A DNA stretch of 63,697 nucleotides, the filler included, from Lama guanicoe (taxonomy: Eukaryota), in NCBI GenBank assembly GCA_013239625.1. It is 163 parts of 163 records of this genome, joined end to end, with 100 filler letters (N's around TTAATTAATTAA, not from the genome) between each part and the next. Parts side by side here need not be neighbours in the genome. Positions count along the whole stretch, not along the records: positions 61,838 to 62,129 come from PNXV01053722.1; positions 62,230 to 62,521 come from PNXV01053723.1; positions 62,622 to 62,913 come from PNXV01053724.1; positions 63,014 to 63,305 come from PNXV01053725.1; positions 63,406 to 63,697 come from PNXV01053726.1; 158 more parts are not named here. The stretch is one strand, 5' to 3'. Below, piece after piece: positions 62,129 to 63,697 of the stretch (positions are counted from its first letter, which is position 1; the number at the start of each line of letters is the position of its first letter). The notes beneath the pieces were generated by a model. The model worked only from the letters and a program-made list of their open reading frames with translations, was not told the DNA's origin and searched no databases. The position numbers were made by a program, and so were the translations under genes.

Positions 62129-62275
62129 CNNNNNNNNNNNNNNNNNNNNNNNNNNNNNNNNNNNNNNNNNNNNTTAATTAATTAANNNNNNNNNNNNNNN
62201 NNNNNNNNNNNNNNNNNNNNNNNNNNNNNTTTCAGGCCCATTCCTATATTTATTACTAGGAAATCTCCTTTCTAA

Positions 62276-62521
62276 ATGGTCTGTAGAAACCATAGCACCA
62301 TCGCTGAGTTCATTCTCCTCGGGCTATCGGCTGACCCCGAAGTCCAGATACTGCTCTTTGTGCTCTTCATGGGGCTTTACCTCCTGACCATGATGGGGAA
62401 TCTGACGATGCTGCTGGTGATCAGGGCTGATTCTCACTTCCACACTCCCATGTACTTTTTTCTGAGTCACCTCTCTTTCCTGGATCTTTGCTTCTCTTCA
62501 GTCACAGTGCCCAAGCTTCTG
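62276..62521 (+). CDS. Olfactory receptor, OR8S1-like, N-terminus to TM2 (3' truncated by the contig end)
   Basis: [24 protein letters not shown]...[42 protein letters not shown] has the N-glycosylation site and the GN and HTPMYFFL motifs. [15 protein letters not shown] resembles OR8S1. Confidence 0.93.
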
Positions 62522-62621
62522 NNNNNNNNNNNNNNNNNNNNNNNNNNNNNNNNNNNNNNNNNNNNTTAATTAATTAANNNNNNNNNNNNNNNNNNNNNNN
62601 NNNNNNNNNNNNNNNNNNNNN

Positions 62622-62785
62622 AACAGCCTTGAACAGACCCTTCACAAAGGAGACGTCCAAAAAGGCTAACGCACGCATGATGTCAGTCGACAACCACAGA
62701 ATGGAAAAGGGGAGACAGAAGGAGACCAACGTGCCAGGTGTCGGCGAAGACGTGAGGGCTGGGTCCCCAGCAGACACTGCCCAAG
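62622..62785 (+). mobile_element. Decayed, GC-shifted L1M ORF2 3' fragment
   Basis: cttgaacagacccttcacaaaggagacgtccaaaaggctaacgcacgcatga corresponds to LNRHFTKEDIQMANKHM. Confidence 0.6.
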
Positions 62786-63697
62786 GCTCGTCAGGCCCCA
62801 GGATTTTGGGGCACACTGGCCCGACTTCCTGAAGTTGGCTGCTGTATCTCTCTCTGTAAGGGCGTTCTCTGGGCTCAAGAACGGCTCTGTTTGCAAGAGC
62901 AGCAGCCCAGAGCNNNNNNNNNNNNNNNNNNNNNNNNNNNNNNNNNNNNNNNNNNNNTTAATTAATTAANNNNNNNNNNNNNNNNNNNNNNNNNNNNNNN
63001 NNNNNNNNNNNNNGCTTCTCTTTGAAAGCATCCATCAAGATGAACCACAGAAATGGGCTTACAGATGGAACAATTTCTTATGGGAAACACCCATTCTTAA
63101 GATGAGCAGCGTGGCCGCTGAGGAAGGTGGGCACCTGCCACATGACATATCTGTAGGCCGTGAGGATTTTGTTCCTGTCTCATGAGAAAGTGTCAGGCAA
63201 GAACTTTTCCTGACAAATTAGGAAATTCATCTTTACCTCCTGTTCAACTCATCCTAACAAGAAAAGTCAGGGCTGGTGCCTGTAGGCCCCCGTCTGAAGA
63301 CTCTANNNNNNNNNNNNNNNNNNNNNNNNNNNNNNNNNNNNNNNNNNNNTTAATTAATTAANNNNNNNNNNNNNNNNNNNNNNNNNNNNNNNNNNNNNNN
63401 NNNNNAAAAAAAACCTCAAAATATGCAGGACATGCTTGAACGTGCATGTTCTCTGACGGAAGCAGCGGCCACAGCCGGTGTGCAGCAGCTGTCGCTATGG
63501 AAGCAGTCTTGGCGGTAATGGCTAAAATAACTGAGCAATAGTGTCAAGCCGTGTTCTAAATGTTTTGTGTGCCAACTTCATCATTACATCAGCCGTAGAA
63601 CACAGATTCTGTCGTGACTGCCAGCCACTAGATGAGGAAAAGGAGGCGTGGAGCGTCACAGCCCTGGAGAGTCCCAGCGCCAAGTCGGAGGCAGGCA

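Larger units (their letters stand above)
292..63405. other. 162 synthetic scaffold linkers N44-TTAATTAATTAA-N44 (first 292-391, last 63306-63405) joining 163 unplaced ~291-292 bp contigs
   Basis: The same 100-bp unit recurs every 391-392 bp. The self-complementary 12-mer places TAA in all six frames, and flanking fragments are unrelated in GC content and sequence. Confidence 0.99.

Noticed and set aside
10562..62521. Apparent co-location of TCR, OR, KRTAP, mucin, TRIM16 and ANKRD26-like genes as a cluster or system
   Set aside because: They lie on separate contigs brought together only by length sorting. Multi-copy families are simply enriched among orphan contigs.
510..62896. The many tracked ORFs ending in X-runs plus N or LIN
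   Set aside because: They read through Ns and stop in the linker, and many begin at non-ATG codons. Only frames with recognisable protein motifs were kept.
292..63405. Regularly spaced palindromic repeat with unique equal-length 'spacers' (CRISPR-, integron- or cassette-like)
   Set aside because: The repeat is a 12-mer embedded in exactly 44+44 N, a six-frame stop linker. The 'spacers' are mammalian contigs sorted by length, and no cas or integrase genes are present.

Overview
This window is not contiguous genomic DNA. It is an assembly concatemer of 163 short, mostly unrelated fragments (nominally 291 bp up to 33129, then 292 bp from 33230). They are joined by 162 identical 100-bp synthetic linkers (N44-TTAATTAATTAA-N44, a six-frame stop linker), leaving about 47.5 kb of real sequence. 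Adjacency between fragments has no biological meaning, and most of the supplied ORF track is artefact. The DNA is from a eutherian mammal, probably a camelid (Vic-1-like SINE tail and a camelid-style L1 3' end; inference from recall). Most fragments are L1, L2, MIR, MaLR/ERV LTR or DNA-transposon relics, or unidentifiable sequence. Recognisable gene pieces are NPEPL1 exon 1, the TRIM16 3' coding end, a germline TRAV22-like V exon with its RSS heptamer, two olfactory receptor fragments (OR2T-like, OR8S1-like), a KRTAP4-family C-terminus, a mucin PTS segment, a diverged ANKRD26-family coiled-coil exon and a ZNF532 pseudogene fragment. The most interesting signals are a diverged ~250-bp satellite in four fragments with an invariant GAGACGTT core, a de Bruijn bubble pair with exactly 49-nt identical ends, and a probable 5'-inverted L1 junction. 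I find no supportable novel multi-gene system; the CRISPR-like periodicity is man-made. All gene and repeat family names come from recalled sequence similarity, not database searches.
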